Sequence record: CP138594.1
DNA: 32,000 nt
Direction: 5' to 3' (one strand)
The notes beneath the pieces are model-generated. The model saw only the letters and a list, made by a program, of their open reading frames with translations. It made no database searches and was not told the origin of the DNA. Within the stretch, counting starts at the first letter, position 1. Each line of letters opens with the position of its first letter. Below, piece by piece: positions 1 to 11,437 of this stretch. A program made the translations under genes and the position numbers.

Positions 1-1507
1 TATATATTGAGTTTGATGATGGCTCTGATTGAACGCTGTCCAAAGGCTTGACACATGCTAATCGTACGTTGTTTTGTATTTATTTATATGAAGCAAAGTG
101 GTGTAAAGGTGAGTATAGTATATTTTTGGCTCCCTTAAAGCAAGGAACAAAAATTCCTTATAAAATATAATAGAAATAAATTAAATTTTTTATTATGAAA
201 AGAAAAAATAAATTCGAACGTCATTTTTTCGCTTTAAGATGCTCATTATATAATCAAGTAAGTAGTAGTTGAGGTAATTGCTTAACTAGCTTAAACTTGT
301 AGTCAAAACTGAGAGGTTTATTGACCACATTGGGCCCGAAAAAATCCCAATACGTGTAGTACAGCAGTGAGGAATATTGGTCAATGGCCTAACGGCTGAA
401 CCAGCAATTTGGGGGAATGTATATTGACTATGTCATATAAAGTTCTAGATAGATGATTGATGATGACAAATTTCTATCTATATGTCTTGACCAAATCTTG
501 TGCCAGCAGTCGCGGCAATACAAGGAAGACTAGTGTTATTCATCTTTATTAGGTTTAAAGGGTACCTAGACGGCAAATTTAGCCCCAAAAGGGTACTAAT
601 ATGCTAGAGTTTAATAGGAGAGGTAAATATTAGGGCTATTGGTGTAGTGATGAAATACTTTTATACTAATGGAACGGATAACGGCGAAGGCAACCCTCTA
701 TGTATAAACTGACGTTGAGGGACGAAGGCTTGGGGAGCGAATAGGATTAGATACCCTAGTAGTCCAGGCAGAAAATTATGAATGTTATATATTGAAAGAA
801 AATTTGGTGTATAAATGAAAGTGTAAGCATTCCACCTCAAGAGTAATGTGGCAACGCAGGAACTGAAATCATTAGACCGTTTCTGAAACCAGTAGTGAAG
901 TATGTTATTTAATTCGATGATCCTCGAAAAACCTTACCACAATTTGAATATTATTTATATATACTAAGGTATTAATACCTATACGTATTATTTATATTAC
1001 AGGCGTTGCACGGCTGTCTTCAGTTAATGTCGTGAGATATTGGTTAGATCCAAAAAATTAACGTATAACCCTATCTTTATTTATATCATAAAGAAATTCA
1101 AAACCAAATTTGGTTGCGATCATAGGGACCAAGACAAGTCATCATGACCTTAATATTGTGGGCTATAGACGTGCCACATATGTTTGTACAAAGGGAGGCG
1201 ATAATGTGAATTGGAGCTAACCCCTAAAACAGAATATAATATGGATTGTAGTCTGTAATTCGACTACATGAAAAAGGAATTACTAGTAATCGTGAATCAC
1301 CACATCACGGTGGATTTAATCTCAGTCGGGTACTAACCACTCGTCAGGCGCTGAAAGGAGTATGTGCAATAAGTTTGGCTTATTGATAATTCATTTTGTT
1401 TAACAATTAGGTTATTCAGCTTTATCAAACGGTCTTCGTATGCGTGACTCTGATTAGTGTTAAGTCGAAATATGGTTCGTGTAGTGGAAATTGCACGGGA
1501 TTTATTA
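1..1507 (+). rRNA. rns: mitochondrial small-subunit rRNA (5' end at or within a few nt of the window start)
   Basis: The universal SSU 5' end GAGTTTGATGATGGCTCTGATTGAACGCTG is at 9-38. The 530-loop GTGCCAGCAGTCGCGGCAATAC is at 500-521. The 3'-terminal helix region GTAGTGGAAATTGCACGGGATT is at 1481-1502. Confidence 0.93.
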
Positions 1508-1539
1508 AACAACAACAACACAATAAACAAAAAAAAAAA

Positions 1540-1624
1540 AGAGAATTGGCTGAGTGGTCTAAGGCGATGAGCTTGAAACTCATTTGATTAAATAATCACA
1601 TCCGTTCGAATCGGATATTCTCTG
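1540..1624 (+). tRNA. trnS(uga): tRNA-Ser (anticodon UGA), class II with long variable arm
   Basis: Acceptor AGAGAAT/ATTCTCT is perfect. Anticodon stem ATGAG/CTCAT flanks loop CTTGAAA. T arm is ATCCG-TTCGAAT-CGGAT. Confidence 0.88.
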
Positions 1625-1633
1625 TATTATTTG

Positions 1634-1706
1634 CGGGTTAGAGCCGGATTGGTTAGGCGCCTTATTTGGGTTAAGGAGAAATTATGTTCGAGTCATAATA
1701 ACCCGA
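1634..1706 (+). tRNA. trnP(ugg): tRNA-Pro (anticodon UGG)
   Basis: Acceptor CGGGTTA/TAACCCG is perfect. Anticodon stem CCTTA/TAAGG flanks loop TTTGGGT. T arm is TTATG-TTCGAGT-CATAA. Confidence 0.88.
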
Positions 1707-1754
1707 TTTAATTAATAATTATTATATTTAATATATAGATCTTATTCTAATATT

Positions 1755-1825
1755 ACGGCTATAGGTTAATGGTAGACCGTTCGTCTTCCAAACGGAGTGT
1801 ACCGATTCGAATTCGGTTGGCCGTA
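1755..1825 (+). tRNA. trnG(ucc): tRNA-Gly (anticodon UCC)
   Basis: Acceptor is ACGGCTA/TGGCCGT. Anticodon stem TTCGT/ACGGA flanks loop CTTCCAA. T arm is ACCGA-TTCGAAT-TCGGT. Confidence 0.88.
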
Positions 1826-1844
1826 TATTTATTAATAAAAATTA

Positions 1845-1917
1845 GAGTCAATAACTTAATTGGTAAAGGACTTTCTTGTCGAGAAAGTAGATGTCGGATC
1901 GTAGCCGACTTGATTCG
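1845..1917 (+). tRNA. trnD(guc): tRNA-Asp (anticodon GUC)
   Basis: Acceptor is GAGTCAA/TTGATTC. Anticodon stem CTTTC/GAAAG flanks loop TTGTCGA. T arm is GTCGG-ATCGTAG-CCGAC. Confidence 0.85.
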
Positions 1918-1922
1918 TTAAA

Positions 1923-2003
1923 GGATAAGTCGCTATAGGTAGGGCAAGATATTTGCTAAATATTGTGTTTTTACACTTAATGGTTCAAATCCATTCTTTT
2001 CCG
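1923..2003 (+). tRNA. trnS(gcu): tRNA-Ser (anticodon GCU), class II
   Basis: Acceptor GGATAAG/CTTTTCC has one mismatch. Anticodon loop is TTGCTAA. It has a long variable arm GTGTTTTTACAC and T arm AATGG-TTCAAAT-CCATT. Confidence 0.85.
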
Positions 2004-2052
2004 TTAACATAAAAATAAAGTAACACATTTTAATAAAGATATATGTGTTTAA

Positions 2053-2124
2053 AAGAGTATAGTTTAATAGGTAAAACCGGAAGCTTCAAACTTCAAATTA
2101 TCAGTTCAAATCTGAGTGCTCTTG
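2053..2124 (+). tRNA. trnW(uca): tRNA-Trp (anticodon UCA, reads UGA and UGG)
   Basis: Acceptor AAGAGTA/TGCTCTT is perfect and the anticodon loop is CTTCAAA. A UCA anticodon fits the many in-frame TGA codons at conserved Trp positions. Confidence 0.9.
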
Positions 2125-2131
2125 AGTTAAA

Positions 2132-2203
2132 GGTTTCTTAACTTAATAGGTAAAGTGTATTTTTGATAAGAATATGTTCGACGTTCAAATCGTCGAGAAA
2201 TCA
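2132..2203 (+). tRNA. trnI(gau): tRNA-Ile (anticodon GAU)
   Basis: Acceptor is GGTTTCT/AGAAATC. Anticodon stem TATTT/GAATA flanks loop TTGATAA. T arm is CGACG-TTCAAAT-CGTCG. Confidence 0.88.
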
Positions 2204-2219
2204 ATTACAATAAAAACAA

Positions 2220-2304
2220 AGGAGGGTTCCTTTATTGGTAAGAAGGGTTGAGCTGTAAACTCAATAGCTGTATGCTTTTAAGAGTTCGAATCTCTTGTCT
2301 CCTA
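2220..2304 (+). tRNA. trnY(gua): tRNA-Tyr (anticodon GUA), long variable arm
   Basis: Anticodon stem TTGAG/CTCAA flanks loop CTGTAAA. T arm is AAGAG-TTCGAAT-CTCTT. Acceptor AGGAGGG/GTCTCCT has one mismatch at the 7-66 pair. Confidence 0.82.
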
Positions 2305-2359
2305 TTATTTAAATATACTACCTTAGTAATATATTATACATTTATACTTATTCTTAATA

Positions 2360-2430
2360 GCCTTTATAGCTCAATGGTAGAGCGGAATACTGTTAATATT
2401 CTGATATATGTTCGATTCATGTTAAGGGCT
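2360..2430 (+). tRNA. trnN(guu): tRNA-Asn (anticodon GUU)
   Basis: Acceptor is GCCTTTA/TAAGGGC. Anticodon stem GAATA/TATTC flanks loop CTGTTAA. The D arm is TAGCTCAATGGTAGAGC. Confidence 0.88.
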
Positions 2431-2473
2431 TAATAATAATATTAATAGATTAAATATCTAATACATTAGTTCA

Positions 2474-2546
2474 AGCGTGTTAACTCAATTGGTAGAGTAT
2501 TGTGCTACGGACACAAAGGATGTAAGTTCGAGTCTTACACTCGTTT
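2474..2546 (+). tRNA. trnR(acg): tRNA-Arg (anticodon ACG)
   Basis: Anticodon stem TTGTG/CACAA flanks loop CTACGGA. T arm is GTAAG-TTCGAGT-CTTAC. Acceptor AGCGTGT/ACTCGTT has one mismatch. Confidence 0.85.
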
Positions 2547-2550
2547 AAGA

Positions 2551-2622
2551 GGGACATGTTGTAAATGGTTTTACATTTCGATTGCAAATCGAACATATGG
2601 AGTTCGATTCTTCCTTGTCCCT
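2551..2622 (+). tRNA. trnC(gca): tRNA-Cys (anticodon GCA)
   Basis: Anticodon stem TTCGA/TCGAA flanks loop TTGCAAA. D stem is TGTA/TACA. Acceptor is GGGACAT/TTGTCCC; the ends are uncertain by 1 nt. Confidence 0.82.
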
Positions 2623-2733
2623 TTGCTAATTATTTTTTTTTTAGCACTTTATTCCTTATAGTACCTTTACAATATTAATTAAAATAATTATATGACTATT
2701 ATTGCTATCATTATACCTTATTAATAATAAATT

Positions 2734-2880
2734 ATGCCACAATTAGTACCATTTTATTTCATAAATCAAGTAGTATTTGCATTTACAATAATAGTATTGT
2801 TAATATATGTTTTCTCAAAATACATATTACCTAGATTTGTTCGTTTATTCTCTACTCGTTTATTTATTAGCAAATTGTAA
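2734..2880 (+). CDS. atp8: ATP synthase F0 subunit 8 (48 aa)
   Basis: It translates to [48 protein letters not shown], ending in TAA. The [10 protein letters not shown]-terminus is the canonical fungal Atp8 start. It falls below the size cutoff of the supplied ORF track. Confidence 0.92.
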   Translation: MPQLVPFYFINQVVFAFTIIVLLIYVFSKYILPRFVRLFSTRLFISKL

Positions 2881-2972
2881 TATAGTAAATATATATTAAT
2901 ATACAAATAACATTAACATATTGTATGTTAACAACCATTACATTAAATAAATATTATAAATTTAACATAGTC

Positions 2973-3752
2973 ATGAATTACTCACACTACCAAAATATAA
3001 TGAGTCCACTGGACCAATTTGAAATAAGAAACCTGTTAAGTTTAGATGCTCCTATATTAGGAAACTTATCTATATCATTAACAAACATAGGTCTTTATCT
3101 TACAATAGCTGGATACTTAGTATTTGTATTAAATCTAATGTCTACAAACAATAATAAAATAATATCTAATGCCTGATCAATAGGGCAAGAAACAGTATAC
3201 GCTACTGTACACAGTATAGTTGTTGGTCAAATAAACGAAAAAAGAGGTCAGGTATACTTCCCATTTATGTACGTATTATTTATGTTCATATTAATGAATA
3301 ATTTAGTAGGTATGGTTCCTTATAGTTTCGCACCTACTAGTCACTTTATATTAACTTTCTCTTTAAGTTTCACAATCGTGTTAGGTGCTACTATATTAGG
3401 ATTAAGCAGACATGGTCTTAAATTCTTCTCTCTTTTTGTACCTTCTGGTTGTCCTTTAGCATTACTACCTTTATTAGTTTTAATTGAATTTATTTCTTAC
3501 TTAGCTAGAAATGTATCATTAGGTTTAAGACTTGCAGCTAATATACTATCAGGTCACATGCTTTTAAATATATTAAGTGGATTTACATATAACATTATGA
3601 ATTCAGGATTTATATTTATGTTCTTAGGTTTATTCCCATTAGCATTTATAATAGCTTTCTCTGGGTTAGAGTTAGGTATAGCATTTATACAAGCTCAAGT
3701 TTTTGTAGTTTTATCTTGTTCTTACATTAAAGACGCATTAGAATTACACTAA
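2973..3752 (+). CDS. atp6: ATP synthase F0 subunit 6 (259 aa from ATG 2973; alternative starts 2925 and 3000)
   Basis: Track ORFs 2925-3176 and 3267-3752 are in one frame and are joined by a TGA (Trp). The protein contains SPLDQFEI and the c-ring-facing LGLRLAANILSGH motif. Stop TAA is at 3750-3752. Confidence 0.93.
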
Positions 3753-3897
3753 TAAGGGTTTTACGGGGTATATATATATATACTACCTTAAAAAAAAAAA
3801 CAATATTTAATAAGTAAAACCCCTTTTTTATGCCCACACATAATATTACGCTAGATCATAAAAAATAATATAAATTATTAATAAAATAAAAATTTAA

Positions 3898-4387
3898 ATG
3901 AGAATTTGAAAAAGTCATTCCTTGCTTAGTTTAGCAAATGGATATGTTGTGGATTCTCCACAACCATCAAATTTAAGCTACTTATGAAACTTTGGTTCTT
4001 TATTAGCTGTATGTTTAATTATACAAATAGTTACAGGTGTTACTTTAGCCATGCATTATAACCCTAGTGTTTTAGAAGCGTTTAATTCAGTTGAACATAT
4101 AATGAGAGACGTTAATAACGGATGATTAATACGTTATTTACACTCAAATACAGCTTCATTCTTCTTCTTTATAGTATACCTTCACATAGGAAGAGGTTTA
4201 TACTACGGGTCTTATAGAGCTCCTAGAACATTAGCATGAACAATAGGTACAGTAATATTCATATTAATGATGGCTACAGCATTCTTGGGTTACGTTTTAC
4301 CCTACGGTCAAATGTCTTTATGAGGTGCTACAGTTATTACTAATCTTATGAGTGCTATACCTTGAGTAGGGCAAGATATTGTTGAGT
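3898..4387 (+). CDS. cob: apocytochrome b, exon 1
   Basis: It translates under code 4 to [36 protein letters not shown]...PWVGQDIVE. The exon ends in T, the residue expected 5' of a group I splice site. Joining 4387 to 5640 restores ...[21 protein letters not shown]. Confidence 0.92.
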
Positions 4388-5286
4388 CAATAAATTTTAC
4401 AAACGATAATTTAACAAATTACTACATATGTAGTATATTACCTACAATAGGTACTATTAATGTTAATGCATTAAAAAGAGGAAATAAAAGTGTGAGATTA
4501 AATAAAGAAGAATATTTGTCTATCCCTTCTTCATTTTTATCTTTTTTAGTAGGATTTATAGATGGAGATGGTTATATACAGATAACAAAAACAACTAAAG
4601 GATTTATTGCTATAAAGCTTGTAATATCTATACATCTAAATGATATTTCAACTTTACAATACATTAATTCTGTTTTACGTATAGGAAAAATAACTATATA
4701 TAAAGATCATAAAAGCCCGACTTGTAAGTTAGTTGTTAACAAAACTGATTTGCAAGAAGTTCTTTTTCCACTTTTATTATATCATAATATATTTTTCTTG
4801 ACTGAAACTAGAAATAACCAGTTTAACACTGCCATGTTTATACTTAAAAAAGATATTAAACTTTTTGATAATATACCTAGTTTAGATCTTATAGGTAAAA
4901 CCTTTAAATTACCTAACAGTCCAAATGATTACCTAAATTTAGATTTCTTTAATAATTGAGTAGTAGGTTTTACAATGGCAGAAGGATCATTTTTTATTAA
5001 AAATAATTTAGATGGTTGTTTCCAATTAAAACAAAGAATACATGTTAATCTATTTGAATCATTTAGACTGCTATTTAACACAACTAGAAAAATAGGTATA
5101 GAAAGAAATATGTACAATCAATTTTCCGTATCTTCTAAAAAGGATATACAATCAGTAATAAATTTCTTTTCTTTTTTAGGCTTACATGCTTTAATAGGAC
5201 TTAAAGGTATTTCTTACGCTAAATGATTAAATGATTTAAGTATTAGTAAGCGTTATAGCAATTTAAACTATCCTATAAACAAATAG
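4388..5286 (+). CDS. intron-encoded double-motif LAGLIDADG homing endonuclease, in frame with cob exon 1
   Basis: The frame is continuous from exon 1 through in-frame TGA codons to TAG at 5284-5286. Motif 1 is LVGFIDGDGYIQI and motif 2 is VVGFTMAEGSFFI. It merges track ORFs 4492-4959 and 4975-5226. Confidence 0.88.
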
Positions 5287-5639
5287 TAACATAATCCACA
5301 CTTTTAAACCTTTATATTTCGTTTAAATGGGCTCCTTAAAATGGTAACATTTTAAAGGCAAATGGGGAGAATTGCAAGGACATCTATAAAAATTACCTCC
5401 GACTTATAGATTATTTGCAGCGGAGCTTTATTCGGTAGACTTTTATTAAAAGTGAATAAAGAACGTTCAACGACTAACAAGTGAGTAATACCAACAATAA
5501 GCTTGACACGAGAACCCCACAACCTATAAATATTTAAATATTATTGGTTGAAGACATAGTCTAAACACCGGATATACATAAAACTGGTGAGAGTGAAGGT
5601 TAAATACTTCACTAAAACTATTAATTATAGTTTAATTCG
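4388..5639 (+). mobile_element. group I intron in cob (1,252 bp)
   Basis: It interrupts the conserved QDIVE/FIWGG junction and its last nt is G. An R-like core element GTTCAACGACTAACA is at 5464-5478. An S-like element AAGACATAGTCT is at 5561-5572. Confidence 0.88.
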
Positions 5640-6313
5640 TCATCTGAGGAGGTTTCTCAGTTAATAATGCAACTTTAAACAGATTCTTTGCATTACACTT
5701 TGTTTTACCTTTTGTTTTAGCTGCATTAGCTTTAATGCACTTAATAGCATTACACGATAGTGCTGGTTCAGGTAACCCTCTAGGTGTTTCTGGTAACTAC
5801 GACAGATTACCTATGGCACCTTATTTCTTATTTAAAGATCTTATAACAATATTCTTATTTATTGTAGTCTTATCAATATTTGTTTTCTTTATGCCTAATG
5901 TTTTAGGTGATAGTGAAAATTACGTTGTAGCTAACCCAATGCAAACTCCTCCTGCCATTGTTCCTGAATGATATCTTTTACCATTCTATGCTATATTAAG
6001 ATCTATACCTAACAAATTATTAGGTGTTATAGCAATGTTCTCAGCTATATTAATATTATTAATAATGCCATACACAGATCTAGGTAGAAGTAGAGGTTTA
6101 CAATTCAGACCTTTAAGTAAAATAGCATTCTACATATTCATAGTTAATTTCTTATTATTAATGCAATTAGGAGCTAAACACGTTGAGTCACCATTTATAG
6201 AATTTGGTCAAATAAGTACAGTTTTATATTTCTCACATTTCTTAATAATAGTACCTGTTATAAGTTTAATAGAAAATAGTTTAATAGAAATACACTCTAA
6301 ACAAGCTAAATAA
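5640..6313 (+). CDS. cob: apocytochrome b, exon 2
   Basis: It translates to (F)[48 protein letters not shown]...[22 protein letters not shown]... with TAA at 6311-6313. The two exons total 387 aa. Confidence 0.92.
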
Positions 6314-6379
6314 TAAAAAAATAGGGCCAATAAGATAAGTACATAGCAACAATATAAATTACATATCCCCCTTTTTTTT

Positions 6380-6769
6380 TTATCTTTTTGAACTATCTTT
6401 ATTAAGATAATACACTTGTCTACTTTCTATAGATAAAGCGTTTTTTCCTAGTTCAAAAGCAAAACCTAATGTTAACACTAAAAAGAAAATTAACATTACA
6501 ACTAAACCGAAAACACCATTAACATAAGCACTAACTATGTAAGGATATACTAATAAAATTTCTAAATCAAATAATAAGAACAATAAAGCAAATATAAAGA
6601 AAGAAACACTGAACTCACTTCTATTTTGTCCTAAGAAAGAATGGAAACCACATTCGAATACACTATCTTTTTCTTCATAGGGATTATGAGGAGCAAGTAT
6701 AAGATTAACTGCTAATAATATAACAGCTAAAATAGGTATGAATATAAAGAAAAAAGTTTGACCTGTCAT
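6380..6769 (-). CDS. nad3: NADH dehydrogenase subunit 3 (129 aa)
   Basis: The ORF contains ...YEEKDSVFECGFHSFLGQNRSEFSVSFFIFALLFLLFDLEI..., typical of ND3. Stop is TAA. It starts 3 nt downstream of the nad2 stop. Confidence 0.93.
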   Translation of the reverse strand: MTGQTFFFIFIPILAVILLAVNLILAPHNPYEEKDSVFECGFHSFLGQNRSEFSVSFFIFALLFLLFDLEILLVYPYIVSAYVNGVFGLVVMLIFFLVLTLGFAFELGKNALSIESRQVYYLNKDSSKR

Positions 6770-6772
6770 GTT

Positions 6773-8473
6773 TTATTTAAATAAGATTAAAGTAATAATG
6801 TTAACTACATTAAATCAAATAGAAGGTGTATATATGAATAATAATAATAATAAAGTCAATACAGAAATAATACTACTAAGTGAACTATTAACTGTAATAT
6901 TTTCTGATTTAAATAATAATTTATTTCCTGTGTATGCAGGATTAACGCTACTATTAGTGTAAGGAGACACATAAGCAACTAAATCTGTGTTATCTGATAT
7001 TGATCCTTTTTGGTAATCACTTTTAAAGAAGAATATATGTTTTATAAGGTTTAAATAGTAAGCTGCACCTATTACACTTGTAAGTATTGCAATTAAAGAC
7101 ATAAACACATATCCTTTATCTAAGGCAGCACTTAGTATCATCTGTTTAGCAAAGAAACCTATTGCAGGTGGTATTCCTACAAACGAGAATATAGTAACAG
7201 CAAAACTTATAGCAATAAATGGATTAATATAAAAGTAACCTTTAATTTGACTTATAAGTTGTACAGGTGAATTATTTTGGTCTATTAGTCCTTTTTGAGC
7301 ATCTTTATTATTATTTACATATAAGTATAAACTATAACCTATAGTTAATAATATTATAAATGCATTTAAGTTTGATATAGAATATTGTAATATATAGAAT
7401 ATATATGATTGTATAGACTCAGCACTATTAATTGATAATGCTAATAATATAAATCCTACATGACTAATAGTACTATATGCAAATAATCTTTTTATTCTGA
7501 ATTGAGTTAAACCTAGAACAGAACCTATTATTAATGATAATAAACTACTTATAAGTAATATACTTTTTCAAGAGAAACCGAAAATATTATATTCTGTGTA
7601 ATAAACTAACTCTAAGAAAAAGGCAAATATAGAAATTTTTGCTATTATAGCTACATATGTTGTAACAATAGTAGGTATTCCATCATAAACATCCGGAGAT
7701 CAGAAATGGAATGGAGCAGCACTAACTTTAAATAAGAATCCTACTGCCATTATTATTAAAGATAAATGTATATAATAAGGAGTATATCAACTATTTAACA
7801 CATAAGATGAATCTATTTCAACTATACTTGTTACTAAGTATATGTTTTCTAAACTAGTTGTCCCTAAATTAGCATATAATAAAGCAGAACCTAATAAAAT
7901 AAAACAAGAAGAAAGTCCACCTAATAAGAAATATGTTAAACCACTACCTGTTGCTAATTCAGAATCTCTGTATAAAGTAGAAAGTATATATAAACCATAA
8001 CTCTGTAATTCTATAGATAAGAATATTGATACTAAATCTGCTGTACTTATTAAAAATGCTGCACCTGATAATACAAATACTATAACAAGAGGATACTCTA
8101 ATATTTGGAATTGTTCTCCGTTTTTATTTGAAATAACATCTTTGTTATATGATAGTTTAGATTTGAATAAGCTATCTAATGTAGAATGATTTTCTACATT
8201 AACTTTTCTAGGATAGAATGCTGTAAGTGTTAATATAACAGCACTAACCATAAATATGAAAATATTAAATGTGTGTGTAAAAGTAGTTACGTTAAATAAA
8301 CCACCGAATATACTTATACCAGTACCCAGAGGTTTTACAAATAGATTATTAATAGCTAAAAAACTAACTGATAATAACCCAATTATAACAATCCGGGAGA
8401 AACCTATAGACTTTTCTCGTAATAAACTTACGGCATTTGAAAGTAATAAAAATATTAATAAAGTTATTAACAT
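6773..8473 (-). CDS. nad2: NADH dehydrogenase subunit 2 (566 aa)
   Basis: Track ORFs 7787-8473 and 6815-7141 share one frame and are linked through TGA = Trp codons. The track end at 6815 is itself a TGA. The true TAA stop is at 6773-6775, after ...[20 protein letters not shown]. Confidence 0.9.
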
Positions 8474-8550
8474 TTACAGGTATAAACAAATAAAGTTATA
8501 TACTGTATAATATATTCCGTTTTTTTTATTATTTAATTTATTTAAATAAA

Positions 8551-10050
8551 TTAAACTGAAACAGGTATAGCAGAACTATATATTAATAATGAAACAGAAT
8601 AGTGTAAACCATCTAATACAGGTGCAGGATATATACCTAATACTACAGTAAATACAACTAATGTTATCAACATAATGAATTCCCGTTTATTTAAATCAGG
8701 TATATTAAATTTAAAGAATCTTGAGAATGATCCTGCAAAAGCTATTCTATTAAACATATATATAGTATATGCTGCACTAAATACTATAGAAGAACTAGCA
8801 AATGCACCTAATAAAGGAGATCTTTCAAAAGTACCGTAAAGACTCATAAATTCACCAATGAAATTTAGAGATAACGGTGTACCTGCGTTGGCTAAACAAA
8901 GTATGAAGAATAGTATTGCAAATATAGGCATTAACTGTGCCATACCTCTATAGAAACTTATAAGTCTAGTTGAAGATCTATCGTATAAAACTCCACCTGC
9001 ACAAATAAATAATCCAGAAGAAACAAACCCGTGTGCTAATCCTAAAACAATTCCTCCTTCGATTCCTTGAATTGTATTACTAAATACACCTAATAAGTAA
9101 ACTGCTGCGTGAGACACTGAACTATAAGCAATTAGTTCTTTTATATCTATTGTTCTTAAAGTACTAAAACTAGCATATATTATTGTTATAACACCTATAA
9201 CATAAACCATAGGAGTAAAGAAAAAATATGCTTTAGGAACTAAAGGTAATATTAGTCTTAATATACCGTATAGACTTAGTTTTAACACTATACCCGCTAA
9301 TATTATACTACCTGAAAGAGGTGATTCAACATGAGCTTTTAAAAGTCAAGTGTTTAAGAATATAGTTGGTGTTTTTACTGCAAAAGCTATGAATATACCT
9401 CCAAATAAGAATAATTGCGTTGTGAAACTAAAATTAGTTTTATAAAGAGCATCAAAATCAGTTGTTCCCATTATTGAAGACATTGTTAATATAGATAATA
9501 GTAAAAATAATGAACCTAATAATGTATATAAGAATAAGTAAAAACTGGCTCTAACTCTATTACTAGAACCAAACATACCTATAAGTATAAATAATGGAGG
9601 TAATATACTTTCAAAGAATATATAAAATAAAAGTACATCTAAAACCATAAACACGGCTAATAACAATGTTTCTAATAGAAGAATAATTATAACAAAAGAT
9701 CTTACATTTTCAGATATGGATTTTCAATTAGATAATAATGATATAGGCATTATTATAGTAGTTAAAAGAACAAAATAAATAGATATACCATCTACACCTA
9801 AATAGAAATCGAAACTACTTATATTATGATGTTCTTGAACAAATTGAAATTGATTTGTACTAAAACTAAATAATATAAATACAATTAAAGATATAAATAA
9901 ATTAATTACAGATGTAGATAAACCTATAACTTTTACTTGTTTTATACTTAATACAGAGTTATTATTGTATGAAGTAGATACAAACAGTATTCCTATTAAA
10001 GGAACTAATAATAGAAGGGTAAGTAACATAAAAATTAAAAAAGAAAACAA
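8551..10050 (-). CDS. nad4: NADH dehydrogenase subunit 4 (499 aa)
   Basis: Three same-frame track ORFs (9724-10050, 9346-9666, 8551-9288) are joined by TGA codons. The protein contains ...WLLKAHVESPLSGSIILAGIVLKLSLYG...IAYSSVSHAA.... Stop is TAA. Confidence 0.92.
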
Positions 10051-10178
10051 ATTTATTTCCCGCTAAATATAGAATAATCAAGTAAAAATTAATCTATTAA
10101 ATCGTAACCACATACAAATTTGTATATGAGATATGTACATGTTTTTTTTCTTTTATACATTTTTGTTTTATAAATTTA

Positions 10179-11255
10179 TTATAATAAATGTATATTAGTA
10201 GGTATAATATCGAAACTGTATAGTATACATGGTACTAATACAATAAAAGCTATAACAATAGGTAATAATATAGTTCAAGAGAATGACATTAATTGATCAA
10301 AACGTATTCTAGGGAAAGAAGCTCTAACTCATATAAAGACAAATATCATTATACAGGCTTTTAGACCTATAGTAAGACCTGATATCATACCTTCTATAAG
10401 AGGATTAGATAATCATCCTATTATACCATCAAGTAAAGAACCGTAATAGCTATCTTGAAGTATGTAAGATAGTAATGAATAATCTATTAAATAACCTCCA
10501 AGGAATAATATACTAGTTAATATACATATTAAAACTATACTTCCATATTCAGCTAAGAAGAAGAACACAAACACTACAGCGGCGTGCTCGGTCATAAATC
10601 CACTAACTAATTCTGACTCAGCTTCTGCTAAATCAAACGGAGCTCTATTAGTTTCTGCTACAGAACCTATAAAGAATATTATAAATATAGGGAATAAAGG
10701 AGCAATAAATCATATTGCTCTTTGAGTTTCTATATCCACAGTTAAATTAAGACTACCTGTTAGTAAAACAACTAATAAAATAGCTGAGCTTAATATTAAT
10801 TCGTAACTTATTAATTGTGCTGTACTTCTAAGTGAACCTAAAAAGGCATATTTAGAATTGGCAGATCAACCTGCTAAAAGTATACCATATGTAGCTAATG
10901 AAGATACTGCTAACATATATAATATACCTAAATCGAAGTCTCATACAGCTAATCCAGGACCGTAAGGTACAACTGCATAACCTAATAATGAGAATATTAA
11001 TGTAATTATAGGACCTATAAAAAATAAAACAATATTAGCTTGTGTAGGTGATACATATTCTTTTAAAAGAAGTTTTAAGGCATCTGCAAATGCTTGTAGA
11101 AGACCATAGTACCCTACTATATTAGGTCCTAATCTTCTTTGCATACTTGCCATTGTTTTTCTTTCAGCTACTGTAACAAAAGCAACAGTAAGTAGTACTG
11201 GAACTGTAACCAATAATACCTCTATTACAGAGATAAGGGTAGGAAAATATAACAT
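10179..11255 (-). CDS. nad1: NADH dehydrogenase subunit 1 (358 aa)
   Basis: The protein contains ...[34 protein letters not shown]...[20 protein letters not shown].... Track ORFs 10941-11255 and 10413-10595 share the frame. I traced the TAA stop by hand to 10179-10181. Confidence 0.92.
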
Positions 11256-11437
11256 AAAATTGATAAATATAAACCTAAAATAAATATATACTGTCTATAC
11301 TTACATTTAGGATTAATGAACATACAATATATTATTTGTAATGTTTTATTATTAAAGATACTACAGGTATATAAAAATACATAGTGTTTTTTTTTTTATT
11401 ACTTAAATTATAAGTATATATATATTGTAGAAATTTA

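Noticed and set aside
1333-1530. Track ORF of 65 aa on the minus strand (and its copy at 28552-28749).
   Set aside because: It lies entirely inside the 3' domain of rns, antisense. It has no similarity to any mitochondrial protein I recognise.
2248-2433. Track ORF of 61 aa (and its copy at 29467-29652).
   Set aside because: It runs through trnY, the spacer and trnN. The open frame is an artefact of the tRNA cluster.
6768-6962. Plus-strand track ORFs 6768-6962 and 8256-8510, and minus-strand ORF 4929-5117.
   Set aside because: They are antisense to nad2 or to the cob intron endonuclease ORF, which have clear homology-like signatures. These ORFs are low-complexity, AT-codon-driven frames.
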